Assembly: GCA_010202845.1 (NCBI GenBank)
Contig: CP047921.1
Span: forward strand, 660,001 to 692,000
Direction of reading: 5' to 3'
DNA: 32,000 nt
Source: Candidatus Saccharibacteria bacterium oral taxon 488
Lineage (GTDB): Bacteria; Patescibacteriota; Saccharimonadia; Saccharimonadales; Saccharimonadaceae
The translations under genes were made by a program, and so were the position numbers. Under the pieces are notes generated by a model. The model ran no database searches. It was not told the DNA's origin and saw only the letters and a program-made list of their open reading frames with translations. Numbering within the stretch: position 1 is the stretch's first letter; each line of letters begins with the position of its first letter. Below, piece by piece: positions 5,908-13,461 of the stretch.

Positions 5908-8376
5908 CTACTGTCCGGGTGATATCGGCGGCACGCCCGGGCCTGGGGACACCATACTACTGCCATCGGCCGCATCGCCGACCACTGCTCGTATCTGCTC
6001 CGCCGTGATAATCGTCGTTGAGCCTGGCGCGACAGTGCCAGCGAGCAGCTGCTTGGCGACGGTATTCTCGACGGCTCGTTGCACCACGCGGCGCATCGGA
6101 CGAGCGCCGAGGCGCGGGTCGTAGCCAGCATCGACCAATAATTTTTTACCCGCCTCCTCGACAGCGACTTGGATTTTTTGTGGCGCCAGCGTTCGATTGA
6201 TACCAGCCAAAATGAGATCAACGACCTGCAGCAGCTCTTCTTTGCCCAAGGGACGAAATAGCACGATTTCATCAAAGCGGTTGAGAAACTCCGGACGAAA
6301 CAGATTGGCATTAATCAGCTCGTTGATAAATGTTTGTTCGAACTGCTCCAGTTGGTAGCCACGCTCGATGTATTCGCGAATTCTCTCAGCACCAGCATTT
6401 GACGTGGCGATAATAATGGCGTCACGAAAACTAATATCGCGGTTTTTCTCGTCGCGTAAAATTCCCTCGTCCAGTAGCTGCAACAGTGTCGTGAGCACCT
6501 GCGGATGGGCCTTTTCAATTTCATCGAGCAACACCACCGAGAATGGTCGCTTTTGCACCTGGGCGGTCAGGCTCATCGGATCATTCGCGCCATCAGCGAT
6601 CAAGCGCGCCACGTCCTCGGCCCGCACAAATTCGTTGAGATCCAGCCGGATTAGGTTGCCCTCGCCACCAAAGTAGATATCCGCCAGCGCCTTGGACAGC
6701 TCAGTTTTACCAACTCCAGTCGGGCCAAGGAACAGAAACGTACCAATCGGCCGATCAGGGTTGCGCACGCCGGCGCGCGCTCGCCGAATCGCATCAGAGA
6801 TGACACTAACGGCACGCGTTTGATTGATCATCCGTTGATGAATCAGGTCTTCGAGATTCAAGAGCTTCTCTCGTTCATCGTCAGTCGAGGCGGTCGCGAT
6901 CTTGATGCCCATGGTTTTTTCGACCGCGTCATCAACCGACTGGGCCGTCACCAGACCGGACGACGCATAGTGGGCTGCCGCCTCCAGCACCTTGAGCGCC
7001 CGACCTGGCATCGCCACGTCTTGGACGTAGCGCTCGCCGACACGGTAGGCTTCGGCGATGGCTTGATACATGTAGGTCACTTTATGGCGATGTTCGAGGC
7101 TGATCAGCTGATCGCGCATAATTCGCACCGTCTCCTCCGGCGATGATGGCTCGATAACGATGGTATTGAGCGCCGTCGCCAGCTGGGCATTACGCTGAGA
7201 AATCTGCAAGTAGCGCTGACTATCCATGGTCAAGATAATTCGCAGCCTACCCGCCTCCAAAATCGGCAGTAGTAAATTACTCAGATCAACCGAACCGACA
7301 CCCTCCTCAAAAAACAGCTGGGCATTATCGAGACACAAAATGACATTCTTTGATAAAAATGCTTCGTTGAGAATTTGCGTCACCAATGCTTCCAGCTCGC
7401 CCCGACCAGCCGCCGCCGAAATCAGCGACGAGGCGTCCAGCAGGAAAATCTGCCGATAGAGGAGCGATGACGGTACGGTTTTATGCCCATCGATGAGCAT
7501 CTCGGCGAATGCCGCTACGACTGTGCTCTTGCCAGCCCCATCGAGCCCGATCAGCGCTGCATTTTGTCGGCCGTTCGAGCCAAAAATTGTCATCAATTGA
7601 TCCAGCGCCACCTGATGAGCGTCTAGCTGCGCGATCATCGTCCCGCCCGATACCTGTAGGCTGAGGTTCTGGGCGAACCGGCTCAGGAGTGGCGTATAGC
7701 CAAACGACCAATCGCGTGCGATGCCGCCAGTGTGAAGCGGCTTTTGCTTGAACTGCTCGATCAACGACTTGAGGCGCTCATACCACATGATACCGCCCAA
7801 TACATCGCGAAAATCAATTTTCAAATTCGCGAGCAAGGCGTCATGATTCGGAAATTGCTCAACAATCGCCGCCGCCAGCACCGCACCTGTTACTTTCGGG
7901 CTATTAGTGTCACGCCAAATCTGCAGCGCTGATTGCCACAAGGCTGACGTATCATTTGGATCATCCGAGGCGATATTCGCTAAAAAGTTCGGCGTGAGAC
8001 CCAGCCGCACTCCGAGGAATTGCCCGGCCCGTGACTGACCAACCGCCAGCGCGATCTCTTTTGGCGTCGGTCGCTGACTCAGGCGGCCCAGCACATCCGC
8101 TGCCATCACATCATCAATCGTCTCCACTCGTGCGCTCACCGCCATCGTCTTGAGATCGCCCTGCCACCACACACTGAGCATCGCCAGTGGCCCCACCAGA
8201 CCGATCATCAACCAGCCAACCGGCCCGTGCTTGATCAATAGCCAAACGCCACCCGAGCCCAATGCAACAGCGACGAGCACCACCAATACATGCCAGACCG
8301 CACCAAACCGCGCCGTGAACCGCGCCTTTTGCGCCCGCAAGCTGTGATAACGAAACTCCGGTCGCACCTCGTTCAT
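5908..8376 (-). CDS. Membrane-anchored Clp/Hsp100-family double AAA+ ATPase (atypical ClpA/B/C-like)
   Basis: D2 has a canonical Walker A (FLFLGPTGVGKTE), Walker B (VVLLDEIEKAH) and sensor-2 (GARPMRR). D1 has Walker A GLDGAGKST but a Walker B of ILCLDNAQ (Asn in place of Glu). The N-terminus has two predicted TM helices (FGAVWHVLVVLVAVALGSGGVWLLI; GWLMIGLVGPLAMLSVWW). ATG 8376 overlaps the upstream stop as ATGA. Confidence 0.85.
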   Translation of the reverse strand: MNEVRPEFRYHSLRAQKARFTARFGAVWHVLVVLVAVALGSGGVWLLIKHGPVGWLMIGLVGPLAMLSVWWQGDLKTMAVSARVETIDDVMAADVLGRLSQRPTPKEIALAVGQSRAGQFLGVRLGLTPNFLANIASDDPNDTSALWQSALQIWRDTNSPKVTGAVLAAAIVEQFPNHDALLANLKIDFRDVLGGIMWYERLKSLIEQFKQKPLHTGGIARDWSFGYTPLLSRFAQNLSLQVSGGTMIAQLDAHQVALDQLMTIFGSNGRQNAALIGLDGAGKSTVVAAFAEMLIDGHKTVPSSLLYRQIFLLDASSLISAAAGRGELEALVTQILNEAFLSKNVILCLDNAQLFFEEGVGSVDLSNLLLPILEAGRLRIILTMDSQRYLQISQRNAQLATALNTIVIEPSSPEETVRIMRDQLISLEHRHKVTYMYQAIAEAYRVGERYVQDVAMPGRALKVLEAAAHYASSGLVTAQSVDDAVEKTMGIKIATASTDDEREKLLNLEDLIHQRMINQTRAVSVISDAIRRARAGVRNPDRPIGTFLFLGPTGVGKTELSKALADIYFGGEGNLIRLDLNEFVRAEDVARLIADGANDPMSLTAQVQKRPFSVVLLDEIEKAHPQVLTTLLQLLDEGILRDEKNRDISFRDAIIIATSNAGAERIREYIERGYQLEQFEQTFINELINANLFRPEFLNRFDEIVLFRPLGKEELLQVVDLILAGINRTLAPQKIQVAVEEAGKKLLVDAGYDPRLGARPMRRVVQRAVENTVAKQLLAGTVAPGSTTIITAEQIRAVVGDAADGSSMVSPGPGVPPISPGQ

Positions 8377-8753
8377 GCCAAAACCCTCATCTGCCACAAG
8401 ATAATTCCTATCACCGGCGTCAACGGTAGCAGCGCCCAGACGACAATACTACCGACCACCCACACTACCCGGAGACCAATGACCACCAGCCCCGCAAACA
8501 GTACCAGAAGCCGCACCACTGCACCAACTGCTCGCGAGAACAGTCGGTCAAAAAAGGCCTGCATTTTCACGGTGAGCGGCGCCTGAGCACGAATTTGCCC
8601 TGCAGAAATTTGGCGAAATGGATCAAATAATGTCCGCACCAACAAACCAATTGAGAAAAAATCGGCCGTCCGCAGCACACCGAGACCAACGCGCTGCATA
8701 TGCCGCCGCCAGCCTGCGCCATACCACCACTGGAAAATACCCACCAAAAACAT
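8373..8753 (-). CDS. Small polytopic membrane protein (hypothetical)
   Basis: MFLVGIFQWWYGAGW..., with a C-terminal hydrophobic stretch AVGAVVRLLVLFAGLVVIGLRVVWVVGSIVVWALLPLTPVIGIILW. ATG 8753 is preferred (TGcTACAAT 6 nt upstream). The stop overlaps the Clp-like start. Confidence 0.6.
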   Translation of the reverse strand: MFLVGIFQWWYGAGWRRHMQRVGLGVLRTADFFSIGLLVRTLFDPFRQISAGQIRAQAPLTVKMQAFFDRLFSRAVGAVVRLLVLFAGLVVIGLRVVWVVGSIVVWALLPLTPVIGIILWQMRVLA

Positions 8754-8759
8754 AGTTCT

Positions 8760-8768
8760 ATTGTAGCA
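8760..8768 (-). promoter_or_regulatory. Extended -10 (TGcTACAAT), 6 nt upstream of ATG 8753 (leaderless geometry)
   Basis: The minus strand reads gtgTGcTACAATagaactATG. Confidence 0.5.
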
Positions 8769-8790
8769 CACTGCTTGGGCGCGGTATAAT
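8761..8790 (+). promoter_or_regulatory. Promoter of murT-gatD (leaderless geometry)
   Basis: TTGTAG - 18 nt - TATAAT (8785-8790) - 7 nt - ATG 8798. There is no SD. Confidence 0.55.
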
Positions 8791-8797
8791 ACGAAAT

Positions 8798-10063
8798 ATG
8801 TCACGACAGATTCTCAGTACACTCATCGGCAAAACCATCAAACAAGCTGCTCGACTGCGCGGCGGCGGCTCGGCGCTCCCGGGGCTGGTCATCGAAAAGA
8901 TTGATCCGGGCTTTATCGCTCGCACTCTGGCGCAAGTACCGCGCGGCGTGGTGGTTATCAGCGGCACGAATGGCAAGACCACTACTACTAAGATTGTCGT
9001 TGAACTGCTCGAGGCGGCCGGCCTTAAGGTTTTTACCAATCGCACGGGCAGTAATTTCTCGCGCGGTGTGGCGGCAGCGCTGCTCGGCGAGGTAGATATG
9101 CACGGGCGGCTGGATGCCGACATCGCGGTGCTGGAGCTTGACGAGGCCTGGGCAGTCAAGTTTGTTCAATTGGTACCGCCGCGCTACAGCCTGTTGCTCA
9201 ACGTCATGCGCGATCAGCTGGATCGGTTTGGCGAGATCGACACGGCGGCTGGTTTCTTGGCAAAAATCGCCCAGGCAACCACTGATACCGTGGTGCTCAA
9301 TCGCGACGACCCACGCATCTATCGCCTGCACCAAAAAACGGCGGCAGACGTAGCGTTTTTTGGCACGACCGACCAGCTGCTGAAACTGATGCCGACTGAC
9401 GATGCGCTCAAGACTGGTCGCGCTCAGGCCAACCAGACGGCCCCAGCCGACGTGCTGCTCGCGGACATCGACGGGCAAACAGCGACCTTTCACATTGACA
9501 ATGCCAAGCACGCGGTGCGAATGCGGCTAAATGGCGTGTATAATCTGCTGAACGCGGCGGCGGCACTGAGTTTGGTACGACAAATTATGGGAGAGAAAGC
9601 CGAGCTAACGACACTACTGGGCGCCCTATCAGACGTAGCGCCGGCATTTGGCCGAGGCGAGACCATCGTGATTGACGGCACGCCGATTGAGCTAATTCTC
9701 GTGAAAAACCCGAGCGGCTTTCGGCTCAGCCTGCTGTCATTTGCCGACGGAACAGCGGATACGATGATTGCTATCAATGATAATTACGCTGACGGACGCG
9801 ACGTTAGTTGGCTGTGGGACGTGGACGTTTCACGCCTCGAGCAGGTGGCGGTGGTCAGCGGCGTGCGCGCTCATGATATGGCGCTGCGGCTGGAGTATGA
9901 CGACATTACGCCAGAAATCATTGAGCCAGATTTGGCGGCGGCGCTGGAGAAATTGCTAGCCCATCATCCACGCCAGCCAAAACATATTTACTGTACCTAC
10001 ACAGCGATGATGCGACTGCGCAAATTATTATCAATCAAAACCGATGTGGAGGCCATCCGATGA
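8798..10063 (+). CDS. murT: Lipid II isoglutaminyl synthase, Mur-ligase-like subunit MurT
   Basis: Mur-ligase P-loop VVISGTNGKTTTTKI; NVMRDQLDRFGEID; the C-terminal DUF1727-type motif INDNYADGRDVSWLWDVD. Coupled by ATGA to a GatD-type amidotransferase. Confidence 0.9.
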   Translation: MSRQILSTLIGKTIKQAARLRGGGSALPGLVIEKIDPGFIARTLAQVPRGVVVISGTNGKTTTTKIVVELLEAAGLKVFTNRTGSNFSRGVAAALLGEVDMHGRLDADIAVLELDEAWAVKFVQLVPPRYSLLLNVMRDQLDRFGEIDTAAGFLAKIAQATTDTVVLNRDDPRIYRLHQKTAADVAFFGTTDQLLKLMPTDDALKTGRAQANQTAPADVLLADIDGQTATFHIDNAKHAVRMRLNGVYNLLNAAAALSLVRQIMGEKAELTTLLGALSDVAPAFGRGETIVIDGTPIELILVKNPSGFRLSLLSFADGTADTMIAINDNYADGRDVSWLWDVDVSRLEQVAVVSGVRAHDMALRLEYDDITPEIIEPDLAAALEKLLAHHPRQPKHIYCTYTAMMRLRKLLSIKTDVEAIR

Positions 10064-10779
10064 CGATCACGATTATTCAATTGTATCCGCGCGATATGAA
10101 TCTCTATGGCGACTGGGGCAATACGCTGGCGCTGAAAAAGCGGCTGGAATGGCGCGGCTTTACGGTACGTATTATTGATCATAATCCGGGCGATACGACT
10201 GATTTTGCAGCGGGAGATATTTTCATCGGCGGTGGTGGTCAGGATGCTGGGCAAGAAATTATCCAGGACGATTTGCTGGCGCGAGCGGATGAGCTACGGC
10301 GCTTAGCAGAGAGCGACGTGCCAATGCTGATGATCTGTGGTATGTATCAATTGTTTGGCCGAGCGTTCACCACACACGAGGGACACGTGATTCGCGGTGC
10401 GGGGATTTTACCGCTGGAGACATACGCCAAGGCAGAACGCCTGATCGGCAATATCACGCTCGAGAGCGAGGAGTTTGGACAGATCGTTGGTTATGAAAAT
10501 CATAGCGGCCAGACGCTGCTTGATGAAGGAGGGTTGCCGCTGGGGCGCGTGGTGCGGGGCGCTGGTAATGACGAGACTGGCCAAATCGAGGGCGCGAGGC
10601 TGCACAATATCGTGGCGACGTACCTGCACGGGCCGATCTTGCCAAAGAATCCACGACTCGCTGATTTTTTGATCACCGCGGCACTCACGCGAAAAGGCTA
10701 TACAGATAAACTCAGCGCACTGCCCATCGACCGCACCGCAGAACATGCCCAGCAGGTGGCGATGGAGCGAGGGCGATAA
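10060..10779 (+). CDS. gatD: Lipid II isoglutaminyl synthase, glutaminase subunit GatD (CobB/CobQ-like GATase)
   Basis: Nucleophile-elbow Cys in MLMICGMYQLFG; YENHSG; the His region ATYLHGPILPKNP. Sits immediately downstream of murT with an ATGA overlap. Confidence 0.85.
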   Translation: MTITIIQLYPRDMNLYGDWGNTLALKKRLEWRGFTVRIIDHNPGDTTDFAAGDIFIGGGGQDAGQEIIQDDLLARADELRRLAESDVPMLMICGMYQLFGRAFTTHEGHVIRGAGILPLETYAKAERLIGNITLESEEFGQIVGYENHSGQTLLDEGGLPLGRVVRGAGNDETGQIEGARLHNIVATYLHGPILPKNPRLADFLITAALTRKGYTDKLSALPIDRTAEHAQQVAMERGR

Positions 10780-10823
10780 GCCAACCAGATTAGGTTCACA
10801 TGCAACCTTCTGCGACAAAAATG

Positions 10824-10846
10824 CCCCCGGAGCGGAGCTCCGAGGG
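10824..10846. terminator. Candidate hairpin terminator between gatD and tRNA-Pro
   Basis: CCCCCGGA / TCCGAGGG (7 of 8 pairs) around a 7-nt loop, preceded by AAAAA and followed by GTGTGTT. The U-tract is imperfect. Confidence 0.35.
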
Positions 10847-10868
10847 CGTGTGTTCGAACAAGATGAGT

Positions 10869-10946
10869 GTGGTCGGGGTGAAAGGACTCGAACCTTCGAC
10901 CTCACGGTCCCAAACCGCGCGCGCTAGCCAACTGCGCCACACCCCG
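10869..10946 (-). tRNA. tRNA-Pro (anticodon UGG), CCA encoded
   Basis: Minus-strand cloverleaf: acceptor CGGGGTG/CACCCCG, D stem GCGC/GCGC, anticodon stem CGCGG/CCGTG with loop TT-TGG-GA, T arm GAAGG-TTCGAGT-CCTTT, then A73 and CCA. Confidence 0.85.
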
Positions 10947-11054
10947 AGAAGCTAATCTCGATACTCACTCCGCTCCATTCTACCACACTTTACACATTAA
11001 ATACAGCAATAATTAGTGATTTCAGTTAATATATAACTGTACTCTCTCATAATC

Positions 11055-11681
11055 ATGCCTAATACTAATCACACCGCCCACACAACTCACCGCCGACAAA
11101 TAATATATCTCTATACCATTGTCTGCGTGTACCTCACGCTGCCCATCCTGATTTGTATCGGCATTATTCCTTGGAATATGAAATTCGTGGCACTCATCGT
11201 CGGTGTAGTAGCGATGTACATAGTGATGCGAATACTCGGCAATACGCATAGTGACATCGGTATTACGCGGCAACGTACCATCTATTCACTCAAAACCGTG
11301 CTACCGATAACTATAGTTCTCCTTATCGCAGCCGGGCTGTTTCTACTCCTCGAAAAGCCTCGATTCTCACCAACCGAAGGAATAGGATTTTATGTATTTT
11401 ATATTCTCATCTCGTGCCCGGCGCAAGAACTGTTATTTCGCGGTATCCTCAGCCGTATGCTGCAAGAACTACGGCTGCACCGGGTGTTGGAGCTTGGCGT
11501 AGCAGCCGCCCTTTTCGGTTATGTACATATCATCTACGGCGATATGCTCACTGTTGTTGTCATGAGCATCGTCGGCATTGTCTGGTACCGAGCGTACCAG
11601 CGCTCATCAAACCTCATCGGCGTAACAATGAGTCACGTGATACTTGGCGTGATGACGATTGCTCTAGGGATTATTGATTGA
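11055..11681 (+). CDS. CPBP-family (CAAX/Abi-like) intramembrane protease homolog
   Basis: Multi-TM protein with CPBP motifs: AQELLFRG (an EExxxR variant with Gln at the first position), FGYVH (FxxxH) and a late MSHVILG. The start is uncertain; a later ATG at 11178 is possible. Confidence 0.7.
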   Translation: MPNTNHTAHTTHRRQIIYLYTIVCVYLTLPILICIGIIPWNMKFVALIVGVVAMYIVMRILGNTHSDIGITRQRTIYSLKTVLPITIVLLIAAGLFLLLEKPRFSPTEGIGFYVFYILISCPAQELLFRGILSRMLQELRLHRVLELGVAAALFGYVHIIYGDMLTVVVMSIVGIVWYRAYQRSSNLIGVTMSHVILGVMTIALGIID

Positions 11682-12108
11682 CATTGGCCACCCCTTTTGT
11701 TTAATGGTCAATAAGATGGGGATGGATTGGCCAGAGCCACCTCCCGGGAAGGAATTGTGGGATCCCCCAGGAAGGATTGAAGTCTATGTACATTCAGGAC
11801 TTTCTGAGGCCTATGGGGTTGATGAGACTGTCGGTATGGATAAAGTAGTCTCGGAGGATAATATTCGTAGAGCCAGGGCATGCCGGGAGATTGGTGATCA
11901 GATTGAACAGGGGCTCATTGACAAGAAAGAGAGTTACCGAAGGATCGGTGAATTGCTTTTAAGTCGCGACCACTTTTTCACCTCAGAAGAAGAACTCGCC
12001 GAGCGAGGAATCAGTCTGGCAGCCCTGATCAAGATCGCAGAGCGCAGAGATGATCCGGTAGATGATGGGTATGGTGGCTATTCTACTGGGAATTCCGCAC
12101 ATGAATAA
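11674..12108 (+). CDS. Hypothetical protein (orphan; start uncertain, ATG candidates at 11704/11716/11722)
   Basis: Only ORF evidence. The translation is acidic and helical (…IRRARACREIGDQIEQGLIDKKESYRRIGELLL…). I recognise no motif. Confidence 0.35.
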   Translation: MIDIGHPFCLMVNKMGMDWPEPPPGKELWDPPGRIEVYVHSGLSEAYGVDETVGMDKVVSEDNIRRARACREIGDQIEQGLIDKKESYRRIGELLLSRDHFFTSEEELAERGISLAALIKIAERRDDPVDDGYGGYSTGNSAHE

Positions 12109-12566
12109 TGCACCAAACCAATCTCATCAACCTCGACCGAAGCAATCCCCGTGTCTGCTAATGAGCGGAGTTCCTCTCTTGTCTTTGCTACGGGGTTGGT
12201 AGTAAGGAAGGCTATCCTCCCTACATCACCTGATTCACCAGCCATGAGGGCTTGAAGCGCGTTCACATATCGTCCCCTCATCGGATGCCTTAGAGGTAGT
12301 TGACGAACTTGAACGGCTAGCAATGCCGCTGCTGCCAGTAATCTTTGGCCCCTCTCGTGCTGCAGGTAAGGTGACTCTACGGTTTGGCCAGGGATCTGGT
12401 CATCAATGTCAAGATTATCAGGGCGCCCCTCACGGCGTGCCTTTCTCTTAAGGCTGCCTCCTTCGACGATGGGCACCCTGAAACACTTACTATTCTCGAC
12501 AGCTGCGTGACGACGCTCGGACCCATTGGATTCTCTTCGGGGGGTTGTAGTGGTTCTTCCTTTCAT
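12078..12566 (-). CDS. Hypothetical protein (orphan)
   Basis: Only ORF evidence. A basic N-terminus (MKGRTTTTPRRESNGSERR...KRKARREGRP) followed by an Ala/Leu-rich region. Its 3' end overlaps the convergent ORF by 31 nt. Confidence 0.35.
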   Translation of the reverse strand: MKGRTTTTPRRESNGSERRHAAVENSKCFRVPIVEGGSLKRKARREGRPDNLDIDDQIPGQTVESPYLQHERGQRLLAAAALLAVQVRQLPLRHPMRGRYVNALQALMAGESGDVGRIAFLTTNPVAKTREELRSLADTGIASVEVDEIGLVHYSCAEFPVE

Positions 12567-12620
12567 TTCCCAGCTATTATTACACAATTCACATCAGTCT
12601 TCAAGGCCACAATGTCTGCC

Positions 12621-12649
12621 TTGGCAAACTAGCTACTTCAGGGTACTAT
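12621..12649 (+). promoter_or_regulatory. Promoter of the NrtR-like regulator (leaderless geometry)
   Basis: TTGGCA - 17 nt - TACTAT - 7 nt - ATG 12657. There is no SD. Confidence 0.55.
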
Positions 12650-12656
12650 ATATTGT

Positions 12657-13334
12657 ATGAAATACACGAAACCATACGTTCCACCGACGCTAACCGTTGA
12701 CGCCGTGATATTCCAAATTAGTAACGGTGCGCTAGAAGTCCTGCTTCTAAAGCGCCCCAACGAGCCGTTCAAGGGTGAATGGGCGCTACCCGGCGGATAC
12801 AACGCCAAGGGCGAGACGACGACAGCCGCACTGAGACGTATCGTTGCCCAAAAAACGGGCGTGGATGTTAAGAATGACTTGAGCTACATTGAGCAGCTCT
12901 ACACCTTTGACACGGTCGACCGTGACCCACGAGGACATGCTGTATCGGTGACATACCTCGGGTGTGGGCGTACTATCCCGCTCGATGAGGCGACGTCGCA
13001 CGCGACATTTTTTGATGTACATAATCTACCGCCACTGGCTTATGATCACGCCAGCATTATTGAATACGCCAGAGAGCGGCTAATCGCCAAGTTAACATAT
13101 ACGAATGCTGTGTCGGCATTTCTGGAGCGGCGTTTTACCCTGACCCAACTACAGAACGCCTACGAAATTATCTTTGATCGTGAATTTGACAAGCGTAATT
13201 TTCGCAAAAAATTCCTCAGCCTCAACCTCATTCATGAAACCAACGAGCTGTGGCGTGACGGCGCACATCGTCCAGCAAAACTATACGAGTTTAATTCCCA
13301 AAATCTCGAGACGTTATCACGAAGTTTCGACTAG
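12657..13334 (+). CDS. nrtR: NrtR-family regulator (degenerate Nudix domain plus C-terminal winged HTH)
   Basis: Nudix fold with a degenerate box, GGYNAKGETTTAALRRIVAQKTGV (REUxEE replaced by RIVAQK). The C-terminal part FTLTQLQNAYEIIFDREFDKRNFRKKFLSL is typical of the NrtR wHTH. The gene sits directly upstream of the pncA/pncB salvage genes. Confidence 0.8.
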   Translation: MKYTKPYVPPTLTVDAVIFQISNGALEVLLLKRPNEPFKGEWALPGGYNAKGETTTAALRRIVAQKTGVDVKNDLSYIEQLYTFDTVDRDPRGHAVSVTYLGCGRTIPLDEATSHATFFDVHNLPPLAYDHASIIEYARERLIAKLTYTNAVSAFLERRFTLTQLQNAYEIIFDREFDKRNFRKKFLSLNLIHETNELWRDGAHRPAKLYEFNSQNLETLSRSFD

Positions 13335-13390
13335 TGAATAGCAGCCAGGTAGAGTAGGGTAATAATTTCATAGTATTTTACTAATTAGTG

Positions 13391-13426
13391 TTGACTACAC
13401 AATAACTAGTTGTTAGACTATATAGT
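13391..13426 (+). promoter_or_regulatory. pncA-pncB promoter with embedded palindromes (candidate NrtR operator)
   Basis: TTGACT (13391-13396) - 17 nt - TAGACT (13414-13419). The spacer contains the palindrome AACTAGTT (13404-13411). The -10 overlaps the perfect 10-bp palindrome ACTATATAGT (13417-13426). A strong SD (AAGGAGG, 13448-13454) precedes ATG 13462. Confidence 0.45.
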
Positions 13427-13461
13427 AAGTGTAATTTATACATTAAGTAAGGAGGTAATCC

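Noticed and set aside
4964-6124. 386-aa ORF on the plus strand, the longest unannotated ORF in the track
   Set aside because: It is antisense to the orphan gene and the Clp-like gene. It runs straight across their intergenic promoter. It translates to low-complexity Ser/Pro/Arg-rich sequence with no motifs. This is typical of a shadow ORF opposite a real gene.
8801-9511. 236-aa minus-strand ORF overlapping murT
   Set aside because: The plus-strand frame has unmistakable MurT motifs (GTNGKTTT, DQLDRFGEID). The antisense translation is Arg-rich with no recognisable features.
10408-10905. 165-aa minus-strand ORF
   Set aside because: It is antisense to gatD. It would begin inside the tRNA-Pro gene and extend through the candidate terminator hairpin, which is implausible for a real CDS.
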